Source: a virus. Taken from it: a stretch of DNA of 64,000 nt. The notes beneath the pieces are model-generated. The model did no database searches. It was not told where the DNA came from and saw only the letters and a program-made list of their open reading frames with translations. Shown here in pieces: positions 9,630-18,407 of this stretch. Location of the stretch: the IMG/VR virus record IMGVR_UViG_3300029788_000344; one strand, 5' to 3'. Position 1 is the stretch's first letter, and each line of letters opens with the position of its first letter. Both the position numbers and the translations under genes were made by a program.

Positions 9630-12600
9630 ATGCTTACACAAGAACAATTCATTCGAAATTTTAGCGTGATGGCAAACGGAGAAGTTGACTTCTTTCTCGG
9701 CGCAGGTGCCTCCATAGCTTCGGGCATTCCTACTGGCGGCGACTTGATCTGGGAATTTAAGCGTACCCTGTACTGTTCTGAATGCGGAATATCTACGGAG
9801 AAATATAAAGATTTGGCTCTGCCATCCACTCGAAAGATGCTGCAAGAATACTTTGACCGAAAAGGAGGCTATCCAGAGCAATACGCACCAGAGGAATACT
9901 CATTTTATTTTGAGCAGTGTTATAACGATCCTTTAGCCAGAAAGAGGTTTATTGAGAGTATCGTTTCTGCCCGGAAGCCGTCGATTGGCTATCTATGCTT
10001 GGCAGAAGCCGTGGCGAAGGGAAAGGTGAAGAATGTTTGGACGACCAATTTTGATCCTTTGCTCGAAAATGCACTTAATCAGCTTTATCCAATAAACAAT
10101 GTTCTCGTTTGCAGCGAAGCAAACCGGGACAGTATACGCTCTCTGAATCCTCAGTATCCGGTAATCGGAAAACTACATGGTGATTATCGCTATGATTGGC
10201 TGAGGAACACAGAAAGTGAATTACAGCAGCTGGAAGAAAAGCTCAAGGAGTATGCGGCAAGCCAGATGGCGGACAAGCAGTTGGTGGTAATTGGATATTC
10301 CGGGAATGACGAGTCTATCATGTCTTTTCTGGAAAGTTGTGTAGACAATCCAGCAACATTATCTAAGGGCCTTTTATGGGCGATACGGAAAGGAAGCCGG
10401 GTAAATCCGAGAGTAAACGGTTTGCTTGAAAGAACAAAGAAAAACGGCAAGAACGCTGAAATACTTGAGATCGACGGTTTTGACCAACTGTTGTTTTCGG
10501 TCTATCAGATGCAGAACTATCATAACGAGGATATTGATGGGCAAGGTCGCGTGTTGCATGAAAAGAGCAATGTTCGCCTTTCTGGTCAGCCGGTTGATTC
10601 TTTTGTAAAACTGAATGCATATCGGGCTGAAGGTTGTCCGCTCTGCAATGTGTTTGAGACCGATATTACAAGCTGGAAAGAATTACGTACAATTATCGCA
10701 GACAGTGGTGTACTGGCGGCCCTGTATAGCAAACACATCTATGCCTTTTCTTCGCAAGAAAAGCTTGAGACCGTATTCCAGACGCACATTTTATCTCAGA
10801 TAACGATGGAAGAGGTTCCAGATAGAATCATATACAAATACGACTCTATCTATATCGGACTGATTTATCAATTAATTAAGCAAACGCTCATCTCTAAGGG
10901 CATGCATTCCTTTGCAAAGAACAAAGTTTACAATCCCAATTCTCGCAGAGACGACAAAGGTTATCAAGTCTTTGATGCTGTGGAGATTGCTGTTAGCTTC
11001 ATAAATGGAACGTTACACTTGAATCTTTTGCCGACAGTTCATGTGCGCAACGGCAGGGGTGATCGTTTAGATAGAGAAACATACCAGAGCCAAGTTAATC
11101 GCATTGTTTCAAGCATATATAATCAGCAATACAATGAAAAACTCCATTTTTGGGAATCTCTCTGCCTTACTTCTGGAAAAATGTTCTTTGAAAACGATGG
11201 CTTTTCGATCTCCTTCGTCGTTCCAGCCGTCAGTCTTGGCGGCAATAATAGACGCGCTAAATGGCTATCTATGCCATCTTGCAAATATGAAGAGCCGTTG
11301 ATGTGTTTTTCTGATACAGACAAGTCAAAGCAGACGGTGAATCAACTCAAAGGGCTATGCCAATATGGACCAATCGATTGCTCATACATGAGAAGTGGTG
11401 CTACTCGCCCATCTGTACGGCTCGCAGTTCTTTCACCAGATCGTGACATGGATAAAATTCTGGCACACCTGAACAGGCTCAATACCCATGTACAAAACAG
11501 TGGAAGAGACAACTTCCTGCCTCATTATGAAGGGTTTGAACGTGTTTATCGGCGTTCCCTTTCTGTTCCAACGAAGGAGCAAAGAGACATCTGCATCAGC
11601 TATAATGTAAACACAATTCTAAAGAAGACGCCAGCAGAGTTTCTCGCTTTTATGAAACGCGGGATTGATTATTATTCTCTCCATGCTGCTGACTTCGATA
11701 TTCTCGTTATTTTTATTCCAAAAGATTTTGCGCCTTTTCGCACCGCTTCAGTGATTTCTCCTGATTTTAATCTGCACGACGCACTAAAGCTCTATGCAAC
11801 AGAAAAAGGGATTAAACTTCAACTGATAGAAGAGAAATCAGTAAACAGCTATGACCCCTGCAAGGTGATGTGGGGATTATCCACAAGCTTGTATGCCAAA
11901 GCCACCGGCGTTCTATGGCACCCGGAAGCAATTCAGAACGATACAGCCTACATAGGCATCAGCTATGCTTTTTCAGAGGAAAAAAGAATCTGTATCGGCT
12001 GCAGCCAGCTTTTTGATTCGACTGGGACCGGAATCAGGATGGTGCTTAGGAAAATTAATAATCCGATTCTTCTTGGCAGAAGCAATCCCTACATGCGAGA
12101 AGATGATGCACGCTCTATGATGACAGAGTTGCGTGAACAATACTATCATTCAGCACCTGTAAATACACTAAGGAGAGTTGTTATCCACAAAACTACACCA
12201 TTTATACGAGAAGAAATCACTGGCATAATGCAAGCCTTTAGTGGCATTGAAGTTGAGCTTGTGCAGATACAAGATTACTGCTCATGGCGAGGAATTCGTT
12301 TTGGAGCAGACCCGGGAAAAACTGCATACGGTTTTCCTGTAAAACGAGGAATGGCTGTAAAGCTGGATCGAGACAGTTTCCTTTTATGGACACACGGTTG
12401 CGTGATTCATCCTGAACTATCTGGGCCTCACAATTACTATAAGAGCTCACGTGGTATCCCTGCCCCTTTGCTGGTAAGACGCTTTGCTGGGAATGCGAGT
12501 GGTGATACTCTGGCTAAAGAAATTCTTATGCTCACAAAAATGAACTGGAACAGCGGCGATAGCCTATATAAAACACTTCCTGTTACATTGGACTTCGCTA

Positions 12601-12674
12601 AAGTATTAGCGCGGATGTCAAAACAGGAAGAAGCAATTTTTGATAAAGCATATGATTTTAGGTTTTTTATGTAA
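9630..12674 (+). CDS. SIR2-APAZ-Argonaute fusion (short prokaryotic Argonaute, SPARSA-like, single chain)
   Basis: The N-terminus has the SIR2 motif FFLGAGASIASGIPT. The middle region has a MID-like H/K/Q motif (LHDALKLYATEKGIKLQ). The C-terminus has PIWI-like strands (AYIGISYAF, RVVIHKTTPF, GMAVKLDRDSFLLWTHG, LPVTLDFAKVLA) with no intact DEDX catalytic tetrad, as expected for short pAgos. GGAGG precedes the ATG at 9630. Confidence 0.75.
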   Translation: MLTQEQFIRNFSVMANGEVDFFLGAGASIASGIPTGGDLIWEFKRTLYCSECGISTEKYKDLALPSTRKMLQEYFDRKGGYPEQYAPEEYSFYFEQCYNDPLARKRFIESIVSARKPSIGYLCLAEAVAKGKVKNVWTTNFDPLLENALNQLYPINNVLVCSEANRDSIRSLNPQYPVIGKLHGDYRYDWLRNTESELQQLEEKLKEYAASQMADKQLVVIGYSGNDESIMSFLESCVDNPATLSKGLLWAIRKGSRVNPRVNGLLERTKKNGKNAEILEIDGFDQLLFSVYQMQNYHNEDIDGQGRVLHEKSNVRLSGQPVDSFVKLNAYRAEGCPLCNVFETDITSWKELRTIIADSGVLAALYSKHIYAFSSQEKLETVFQTHILSQITMEEVPDRIIYKYDSIYIGLIYQLIKQTLISKGMHSFAKNKVYNPNSRRDDKGYQVFDAVEIAVSFINGTLHLNLLPTVHVRNGRGDRLDRETYQSQVNRIVSSIYNQQYNEKLHFWESLCLTSGKMFFENDGFSISFVVPAVSLGGNNRRAKWLSMPSCKYEEPLMCFSDTDKSKQTVNQLKGLCQYGPIDCSYMRSGATRPSVRLAVLSPDRDMDKILAHLNRLNTHVQNSGRDNFLPHYEGFERVYRRSLSVPTKEQRDICISYNVNTILKKTPAEFLAFMKRGIDYYSLHAADFDILVIFIPKDFAPFRTASVISPDFNLHDALKLYATEKGIKLQLIEEKSVNSYDPCKVMWGLSTSLYAKATGVLWHPEAIQNDTAYIGISYAFSEEKRICIGCSQLFDSTGTGIRMVLRKINNPILLGRSNPYMREDDARSMMTELREQYYHSAPVNTLRRVVIHKTTPFIREEITGIMQAFSGIEVELVQIQDYCSWRGIRFGADPGKTAYGFPVKRGMAVKLDRDSFLLWTHGCVIHPELSGPHNYYKSSRGIPAPLLVRRFAGNASGDTLAKEILMLTKMNWNSGDSLYKTLPVTLDFAKVLARMSKQEEAIFDKAYDFRFFM

Positions 12675-12743
12675 TGAAAGCATTTGTACCAACAAAAGGC
12701 GCAGACTAAACAGATAATCCATTTTTGTCTGCGCTATTGCAAA

Positions 12744-13091
12744 TCAGTCTATTATTCTCTCAACCACCGTCTCCGTTACTCTCGCCCTGATCCCATTCAT
12801 CCTCCGCACCTACTCCATGGGATCCTCCACCTTGAGCTGCTCGGTGACGCCTTCGGAGGCGGCATAGTCTTTAACTAACCGAAGGAAAAGAGCGTTGGCT
12901 TGTTCTTCGACGTCGGCAAGGTGGGAGCGGAGCTGACCCGTGGTTTTCAGGTTGGTATAGAGAATGGGACGATGTTCCCGTAGATAGCGCAGCCTGCGCT
13001 GGCCCCATACGTCAACGGGACGCTCTTCTTCGGGTGGTAATTGAAGATCCAGCAGGAAATAATCGCCCTGCTGCGTGTAGGTGCCGCCCAT
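12744..13091 (-). pseudogene. tnpV: tnpV-like gene interrupted by a single in-frame amber codon (TGG to TAG at the conserved MEW position)
   Basis: The ORF 12810-13091 ends EDPME*. Reading through the TAG gives VRRMNGIRARVTETVVERIID*, which is collinear with the C-terminus of the 166-444 paralogue (MEWVGRMNSIRSRAEEIVFSELVYC). Confidence 0.55.
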
Positions 13092-13241
13092 CTACTCAAA
13101 CATTTTTTCATAGTAAAACTCCCTTTGCACGCTCATCTTACAAAGGAGAGTTGGGTCGACCAATGTGCGATTTGTCATAGCGAACTAACACATAAGAAAG
13201 AGCGAGAGGCTTTTGCCTCCCGCTCAGACTGGTAGAGCTAT

Positions 13242-13409
13242 TTACTTTTTCTGCCAACCGTTTCCGGGCTTCTGCGTAGGCGGCAATCTGTCGCCGGGAT
13301 CAATGTGGACAATTCTCGGATCATCTACTTTCCCGCCACGAGGGCCTACTTCTACATAAGTTCCTGGCTGCTGGTTGTCAGTGCCGGGTTTAATAGGTTT
13401 TGCCATTCG
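13242..13409 (-). CDS. YjzC-like small protein (55 aa)
   Basis: The protein reads MAKPIKPGTDNQQPGTYVEVGPRGGKVDDPRIVHIDPGDRLPPTQKPGNGWQKK. AAAGGAGG precedes the ATG at 13409. The Gly/Pro-rich YjzC-type composition was recalled from memory. Confidence 0.45.
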   Translation of the reverse strand, partial: RMAKPIKPGTDNQQPGTYVEVGPRGGKVDDPRIVHIDPGDRLPPTQKPGNGWQKK

Positions 13410-13500
13410 GTGTACCTCCTTTCTTTGAAGATACACGTGTTATACCATATATATGGTCAAATGTCAAACACTAACGCAATATATTGTGTTCTTTGGGTAG

Positions 13501-13803
13501 TTATTCCTCCAACAAGCTCTCAAACGGCGCGTCGTCGCTCAGAAAGGTATCCATCATGAACCGTGCGCCGAGGCGGAAGCCGGTGATGAAAGTATCCACC
13601 TCGGATTCGCCCATGAACTCGGCGTAGGCGTTGCAGAAGCGGAGAAACAGAGCTTTGTTTTCGCCAGCGAGCTGCTCGGTGAGCTTTTCCTCCAGGTCGT
13701 TCAGTGAGTCGGACGCCTTCTTCACAGGGCTCTTAGGGCGATAGCCGCGATCCTGCGGGTCGATGTTGCCGTAGTACAGCTCCTCAATGATATTTCCCCT
13801 CAT
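13501..13803 (-). CDS. Hypothetical protein (100 aa)
   Basis: The ORF is tightly packed with the downstream HTH gene and is co-directional. No motif was recognised. Confidence 0.4.
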   Translation of the reverse strand: MRGNIIEELYYGNIDPQDRGYRPKSPVKKASDSLNDLEEKLTEQLAGENKALFLRFCNAYAEFMGESEVDTFITGFRLGARFMMDTFLSDDAPFESLLEE

Positions 13804-14384
13804 TGCCCGTCACTCCATTTCTGCAGCTCCCAGAGCCGGTCAATATGGCGGCGGGATTTGCGGGTGGTTGCGTTATGCTCATCCGTGGAGAGCCAGTCGA
13901 TCAGACAGCACTTCGGGATCATATACTTGTGCTGCAGCGCCAAGGCGCGGAGCTTGCCGAAGCGAATCCACTCGCAGACCGTGTGGCGGTTGTAGCCGGT
14001 AAACTCCACGATGGCGGACACGTCGATCACGTCCGGATAGTCGGCCAGCTTGCTTTCATAGTAGCGCCGCGTCTTCTGCGGATCGTTGGGGAGGGGCGGC
14101 TGAATGCGGATCCTGTAGGGCTTCACGTCTTCGTTTCCATATTTGTACCAGCTGGTGGGTACGATGTATCGGCTGGGGTTGATCTCCCGGTTGATCATAA
14201 AGTCGATGACGTCGCGTTTCTTGATGGCGTAGCAGCGGGTTTTCTTCCCGGTGCAGACGTGGGGGATCAGATTGAACTGCAGCAGATAGTGCGCCGTCCG
14301 TTTGCTGATATGGCAGACCTTGCGCAGCTGCTCCTTGTTCATGATCTCTGGGTATTGTTTGAGTTCCTCTGCATCGTATGTCAT
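13800..14384 (-). CDS. DNA-binding protein with two excisionase/MerR-type HTH modules (putative Xis or regulator)
   Basis: Start set at the MTYDAEEL ATG (14384) behind AAGGAG. Two HTH-like segments are present (KEQLRKVCHISKRTAHYLL and AIVEFTGYNRHTVCEWIRFGKL). Confidence 0.5.
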   Translation of the reverse strand: MTYDAEELKQYPEIMNKEQLRKVCHISKRTAHYLLQFNLIPHVCTGKKTRCYAIKKRDVIDFMINREINPSRYIVPTSWYKYGNEDVKPYRIRIQPPLPNDPQKTRRYYESKLADYPDVIDVSAIVEFTGYNRHTVCEWIRFGKLRALALQHKYMIPKCCLIDWLSTDEHNATTRKSRRHIDRLWELQKWSDGQ

Positions 14385-14830
14385 GACGAAGCTCCTTTCC
14401 GTTTTTTGCGGTCCGAAAGGGTGCTTCATCGGTGCTGTCGGGGTCTCTGTTTTCTTGCCTGACTTCTTGCAAACGCGCAAGAACGGCGGCTTTTTACGCA
14501 AGAACGCAGTTTTATTTGAACTCTGGGGCACTTTAAATCGCCTCTGGCAGATACGGGTCGGAATGTCCGAAACTCCTTGCGGTGCCTGGGTTTCCGGCTC
14601 TTGACAATGCGACCTGGAACGACCTGCTCCAACCGTGAATCTGCCAAAGTCTTACAACACTCGAAATCCTCCGCAGCTCAGGCTTTTTCGTCCACCCGTT
14701 TCTCTTTGTTTTCAAGGGTTTTCGCGGGTTCTAAAAACTAAATATTTCGCTGTTCTAACACGCCGTTCTAACATTTTGGTTTTCCCTCTTTTTTGAGGTT
14801 CAAGGTGTTCTGACCGTGTTTGACATACAC

Positions 14831-14919
14831 GGAGAGGTATCGAAGTGGTCATAACGGGGCTGACTCGAAATCAGTTTGACGGCAACGTCACATGGGTTCG
14901 AATCCCATCCTCTCCGCCA
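14831..14919 (+). tRNA. tRNA-Ser (anticodon CGA), class II with a long variable arm
   Basis: The 7-bp acceptor stem is GGAGAGG/CCTCTCC. The anticodon stem GCTGA/TCAGT carries the loop CTCGAAA. The variable arm is TGACG-GCAA-CGTCA, the T arm is ATGGG-TTCGAAT-CCCAT, and the 3' end is GCCA. Confidence 0.85.
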
Positions 14920-15048
14920 AAAAAGTCCAGTAAACTCAAGGGTTTGCTGGACTTTCCTTTTTTGTCCGACTCCTTGAATTTTCCGATTTTCGCGTTGGAA
15001 CGGCGTTAGAATTGGCCGTTTTTGCGTTAGAACAGCGTGTTTTTTTAG

Positions 15049-16326
15049 TCAAAAACCCGGGTTCAAATCCGGTTCTGTTATTTTGCCCTGCTCGGTTACA
15101 TTTTTCCAGCGGCTCCCGAAATCATCTGACCTCGGAAGGAGCATTCCCTGCTCCATGGCCTGCGCCGAGGATATTTTGGATCTGTAGTCGAGATGGGCAT
15201 AAATATTAGCGGTCGTGCTAAAATCCGAGTGGCCGAGCCATTCCTGGATTTGCTTCAGCGGTACGCCGTTGGCCAGCAGCAAGCTGGCGCAGCTATGGCG
15301 AAGATCATGAAACCGCATCTTCGGCATCCCGTGTTTTGCTATGTACTTAGGAAAGTACTCCGTCAAATAGTTCGGGCGCATGCGCTCTCCCAGCTCGTTC
15401 ACAAAGACATAACCGTCGTAATCGTAGTTATAGCAATTGCCGCAAACCTTCTTGTTTAGCTCCTGGGCCTCTTTTACCTTTTGAAAGTAGTCGCGAAAGC
15501 TCCCCACCAGGGGAAGCGTTCTCAGGCTCGATTTGGTCTTAGCAGAATCCTGCTCGATGATTTTCATGGTGCCGTCGATCGTTGCTTCAGTGACTGTTCG
15601 TTTGATGGTCAGCGTTCCGCGATTGAAATCGATCGCATCCCACTTTAGCCCAAGCACCTCACCACGGCGTAGTCCATAAAACGCAGCAACCAAAACCGGA
15701 AGTTCCAGCCGCGTTCCCTTGACAATCTCGAACAACTTCTGCATTTGCTCCGCATCAAGGAATGTCGGCTGAAACGAGTTCTTCCTCGGCCTATCCACCT
15801 TCATAGCAACATTCTGCGGTACCATGTCGGTTTTCATCGCATACTTCAAAGCCTGGTAAATCACCGCATGATAGTGGATAACGGAATTCGGCGTAACGGT
15901 TTTCAGCTTCTCCGTATAAAACTGTTGGATGTGCCGAGCCTCCAGCTCTTTTAAGGTTAGCTCTTTTTTGCGGAAATACGGGCCAATCGTGCTTTTGACC
16001 ATCCCTTGATACGAGCCGAATGTTGCGGGCTTGATTCTCGCTCTGACAACCTCAAGCCATTGATCCAAATAGTCTGCAAAGAGCATATTGGAGTTTAATT
16101 CTCCAGCAGCCGGAGGAATCTCAAATTCGCTGCGAATACGAATAAGTTCCTGTTCTGCCCGGCGCTTATTACCTTTTTGGGGCAATCCTGTCGATACCCA
16201 TTTTTGATGGCGTTTTCCTGCTGCGTCCCGATAGCTGAGAACGGCATAATAGTAGCCGTTCTTCAGCGCAAGAGTTCCTGATACCATTTTTGTTACCTCC
16301 GGAATCATTGAATTGTATACAGGCAT
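15049..16326 (-). CDS. int: Tyrosine site-specific integrase (phage integrase family)
   Basis: The C-terminal catalytic region reads HDLRHSCASLLLANGVPLKQIQEWLGHSDFSTTANIYAHL. It lies 130 bp from the 3' end of tRNA-Ser. An alternative start at 16287 has a better GGAGGT RBS. Confidence 0.9.
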   Translation of the reverse strand: MPVYNSMIPEVTKMVSGTLALKNGYYYAVLSYRDAAGKRHQKWVSTGLPQKGNKRRAEQELIRIRSEFEIPPAAGELNSNMLFADYLDQWLEVVRARIKPATFGSYQGMVKSTIGPYFRKKELTLKELEARHIQQFYTEKLKTVTPNSVIHYHAVIYQALKYAMKTDMVPQNVAMKVDRPRKNSFQPTFLDAEQMQKLFEIVKGTRLELPVLVAAFYGLRRGEVLGLKWDAIDFNRGTLTIKRTVTEATIDGTMKIIEQDSAKTKSSLRTLPLVGSFRDYFQKVKEAQELNKKVCGNCYNYDYDGYVFVNELGERMRPNYLTEYFPKYIAKHGMPKMRFHDLRHSCASLLLANGVPLKQIQEWLGHSDFSTTANIYAHLDYRSKISSAQAMEQGMLLPRSDDFGSRWKNVTEQGKITEPDLNPGF

Positions 16327-16395
16327 CTCCCACCGACATCTATATTTTACTCGGTCGGTGGGAGATACTCAAATATGCGATCATCAAATCAGAGT

Positions 16396-16626
16396 TCAAA
16401 TCGCACTTTTTCCCTGATCCATGACATACTCAATGACATTGACCTTGGGTATCCGGAAAGCATTTCCGATTTTCAGGCCTCTGATATACCCGTCATTGAT
16501 CAAGTCATAGGCAAGATGGCGGCTGATACCAAGCATCGATTGGAGCTGAGTGATGTTCACGATGTCCGGATACTCCGGAAACATCATCAAGTACAGTTCT
16601 CTCAGCTCAGACTTTTTCATTGCCAT
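16396..16626 (-). CDS. xis: Excisionase-type HTH DNA-binding protein (Xis-like)
   Basis: The 76-aa protein has the HTH ITQLQSMLGISRHLAYDLINDGYIRGLKIG and a GAGGTGG RBS. It is immediately upstream of int, as in Tn916-like elements. Confidence 0.65.
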   Translation of the reverse strand: MAMKKSELRELYLMMFPEYPDIVNITQLQSMLGISRHLAYDLINDGYIRGLKIGNAFRIPKVNVIEYVMDQGKSAI

Positions 16627-16844
16627 TCGTCTGCCACCTCATCTTTCTTTTCCGCTTTGGAGTAGATGATGAAATCGTACCCGTTGCGATAATTACAGAA
16701 ATCACAGCGCTCTTTTGCTTGTCCGTGATTTTCCCGCACGATCTTATAGATTCCTGTGTCAAGGAACTGACCAAGGCAAACCGGGCAAAGGCACAAATAC
16801 ATCGGTCTATTCAAAACGGAGTTCTTCTCGCTCAAATGGTTCAT
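16617..16844 (-). CDS. Small cysteine-rich protein (75 aa; CxC...CxxC...CxxC)
   Basis: An AAAGGAGC RBS is present. The cysteine pattern is LCLCPVCLG ... CDFCNY. The gene overlaps the xis start. Confidence 0.4.
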   Translation of the reverse strand: MNHLSEKNSVLNRPMYLCLCPVCLGQFLDTGIYKIVRENHGQAKERCDFCNYRNGYDFIIYSKAEKKDEVADEWQ

Positions 16845-16909
16845 ATTCTGCTGCTCCTTTGTTTTCGAAATAATCCCTTCACTTGGTAGGCAACGAAAAC
16901 AGGCAAAAA

Positions 16910-17395
16910 TTAACCCCCATACAGAAGTTTTTTGAGTTTTGCGATCTTTTTGCAGATCGCGGCGGGGGCAATGCCGCGAATTTCTGCAACCTCCCGCTGT
17001 GAATAGCCTTCAAATGCGATCAGCGTCAGCAGGTCTATATCTCTTTCGGGCAGAGAAATAATCTTCCGATATAATTCGTCATTCTCCATTTCATCAACCC
17101 ACGCAAAGCGGGGGTCACTTTGGAAAGAATACTCGTCGCACACAGAAAGCGCGCTGGAGAACTTTTTTAATAGGGCAGACATAGATTCACCCTGTTCGGT
17201 TCCGTCGTCACAGGAGCTTTCTGAGAGGGGCTGTGTGCGCTGGCATTCCGTCCTGTTTTTCCTGAACACATTCAGGTCGAACGCATAGATATCCTGAATA
17301 TCCTCTTCGCTCATGCCGGCAGCTTTATATTCGCGGTAGAGCTTCTTCCACTCCTCGGTGAACTTTCTCTTTTCGAGTCCATAATTAAATCCCAT
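16910..17395 (-). CDS. Sigma-70 region 4-like (ECF/Tn916 Orf7-like) transcriptional regulator
   Basis: The C-terminal HTH reads DLLTLIAFEGYSQREVAEIRGIAPAAICKKIAKLKKLL. An AAAGGAGA RBS is present. Confidence 0.55.
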   Translation of the reverse strand: MGFNYGLEKRKFTEEWKKLYREYKAAGMSEEDIQDIYAFDLNVFRKNRTECQRTQPLSESSCDDGTEQGESMSALLKKFSSALSVCDEYSFQSDPRFAWVDEMENDELYRKIISLPERDIDLLTLIAFEGYSQREVAEIRGIAPAAICKKIAKLKKLLYGG

Positions 17396-17693
17396 TTGTC
17401 GTAATCTCCTTTGAATTTTTGAATTTGGGTGAAAGTCAAAAAATCGGAGATCACGGGTATTCAGCGATATAGCAGAGCCACTGGTCGCACATAAAAAGTC
17501 CTTTCCGCCTGCTGCGGTCCAAAGGACACAACTACGCTGGCGAAAAGGACTCCCGATGCTGCCTGCCTGAAAAAGGGCGCAGAAATCTAAGGGTACCCAT
17601 ACTGCTTTTTCAAAAGAGTTTGAAATCAGCGTATTTGTATCCTTGGCCCTTGTACTTCAGGCTGCAAATATGTATTTGTAATGTCGGTGAAAA

Positions 17694-17759
17694 CAAAAAA
17701 AGGCCACCGACAAGGCAGACCTATAGATAGAACTATAGTGTCTTACCTTGCCGGTGGCC
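17694..17759 (-). terminator. Rho-independent terminator for minus-strand transcription
   Basis: The stem GGCCACCGACAAGG ... CCTTGCCGGTGGCC has 14 bp with 1 mismatch. An A8 run sits on the plus side, giving a T-run after the stem on the minus strand. It lies downstream of the 17938-19254 minus-strand gene block. Confidence 0.55.
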
Positions 17760-17937
17760 TCTCACGTATGTCTGGAATAACTACCGGTTCATGTTCGGGC
17801 GGTTGCCCACGATCAAGTGACCTGGAAGCGGATTTAGCACGGCCCTGTTTCAGCCCGACCGTTCCGTCGTGATGTCGTTGATTCAGTTGTTATAGGAACT
17901 CGCTTCGATGTTCTTCAAACAAATCAGGGGGCAAAAT

Positions 17938-18180
17938 CTATCCCGCCAGATAAGGGCTCATGCCGTGCTCATGCAGCCATGCCTTTGCCTTGCTTACAAT
18001 GGCCTCCGGTGCATCCTTGATGCCGCAGATGGCCTTGTACACGGATGCCCAGAAAACAACATCGGGTGTCTGCGCAATTTCCGTTTCTCCATATTTGATC
18101 ATGTAGGCCTCGATCTTCTTTCGGTCAAGGCTGAACAGCGCCTCATTGCGCTCTTTTACAAAAGCCTCTAACATCGTCAT
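17938..18180 (-). CDS. Hypothetical protein (80 aa)
   Basis: The ORF is co-directional and tightly packed with the LexA-like block. Confidence 0.35.
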   Translation of the reverse strand: MTMLEAFVKERNEALFSLDRKKIEAYMIKYGETEIAQTPDVVFWASVYKAICGIKDAPEAIVSKAKAWLHEHGMSPYLAG

Positions 18181-18181
18181 A

Positions 18182-18400
18182 TCAATGCTCCCTCAATTCC
18201 AAGTCACTATGCTCCATTCCAATCGGTGCATATATGTCAATCACATCGTGCCTTCTGCCCACTACCGTGCGGACCATTTCGGCACTGCATTTCGTGCAAA
18301 TAACTCTGATTTGATTTTTCTTGTTTTTTAGCCCCGCTACCTGCGTCTTACAGTTTGGGCAATACCAAGAGTAAATCGTCCAATCCTCCAGCATCGCCAT
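18182..18400 (-). CDS. Small zinc-ribbon protein (72 aa)
   Basis: The cysteine motifs are CPNC...CTKC. Confidence 0.4.
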   Translation of the reverse strand: MAMLEDWTIYSWYCPNCKTQVAGLKNKKNQIRVICTKCSAEMVRTVVGRRHDVIDIYAPIGMEHSDLELREH

Positions 18401-18407
18401 TCTCCTT

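Noticed and set aside
12810-12812. Amber codon in tnpV as programmed read-through or alternative genetic code
   Set aside because: All other long ORFs in the window terminate and read normally with TAG as stop. A single-base nonsense mutation or sequencing error is far more parsimonious.
13803-14462. 219-aa plus-strand ORF
   Set aside because: It is antisense to the well-supported HTH gene 13800-14384, which has a good RBS. It has a G/A/R-rich shadow-ORF composition.
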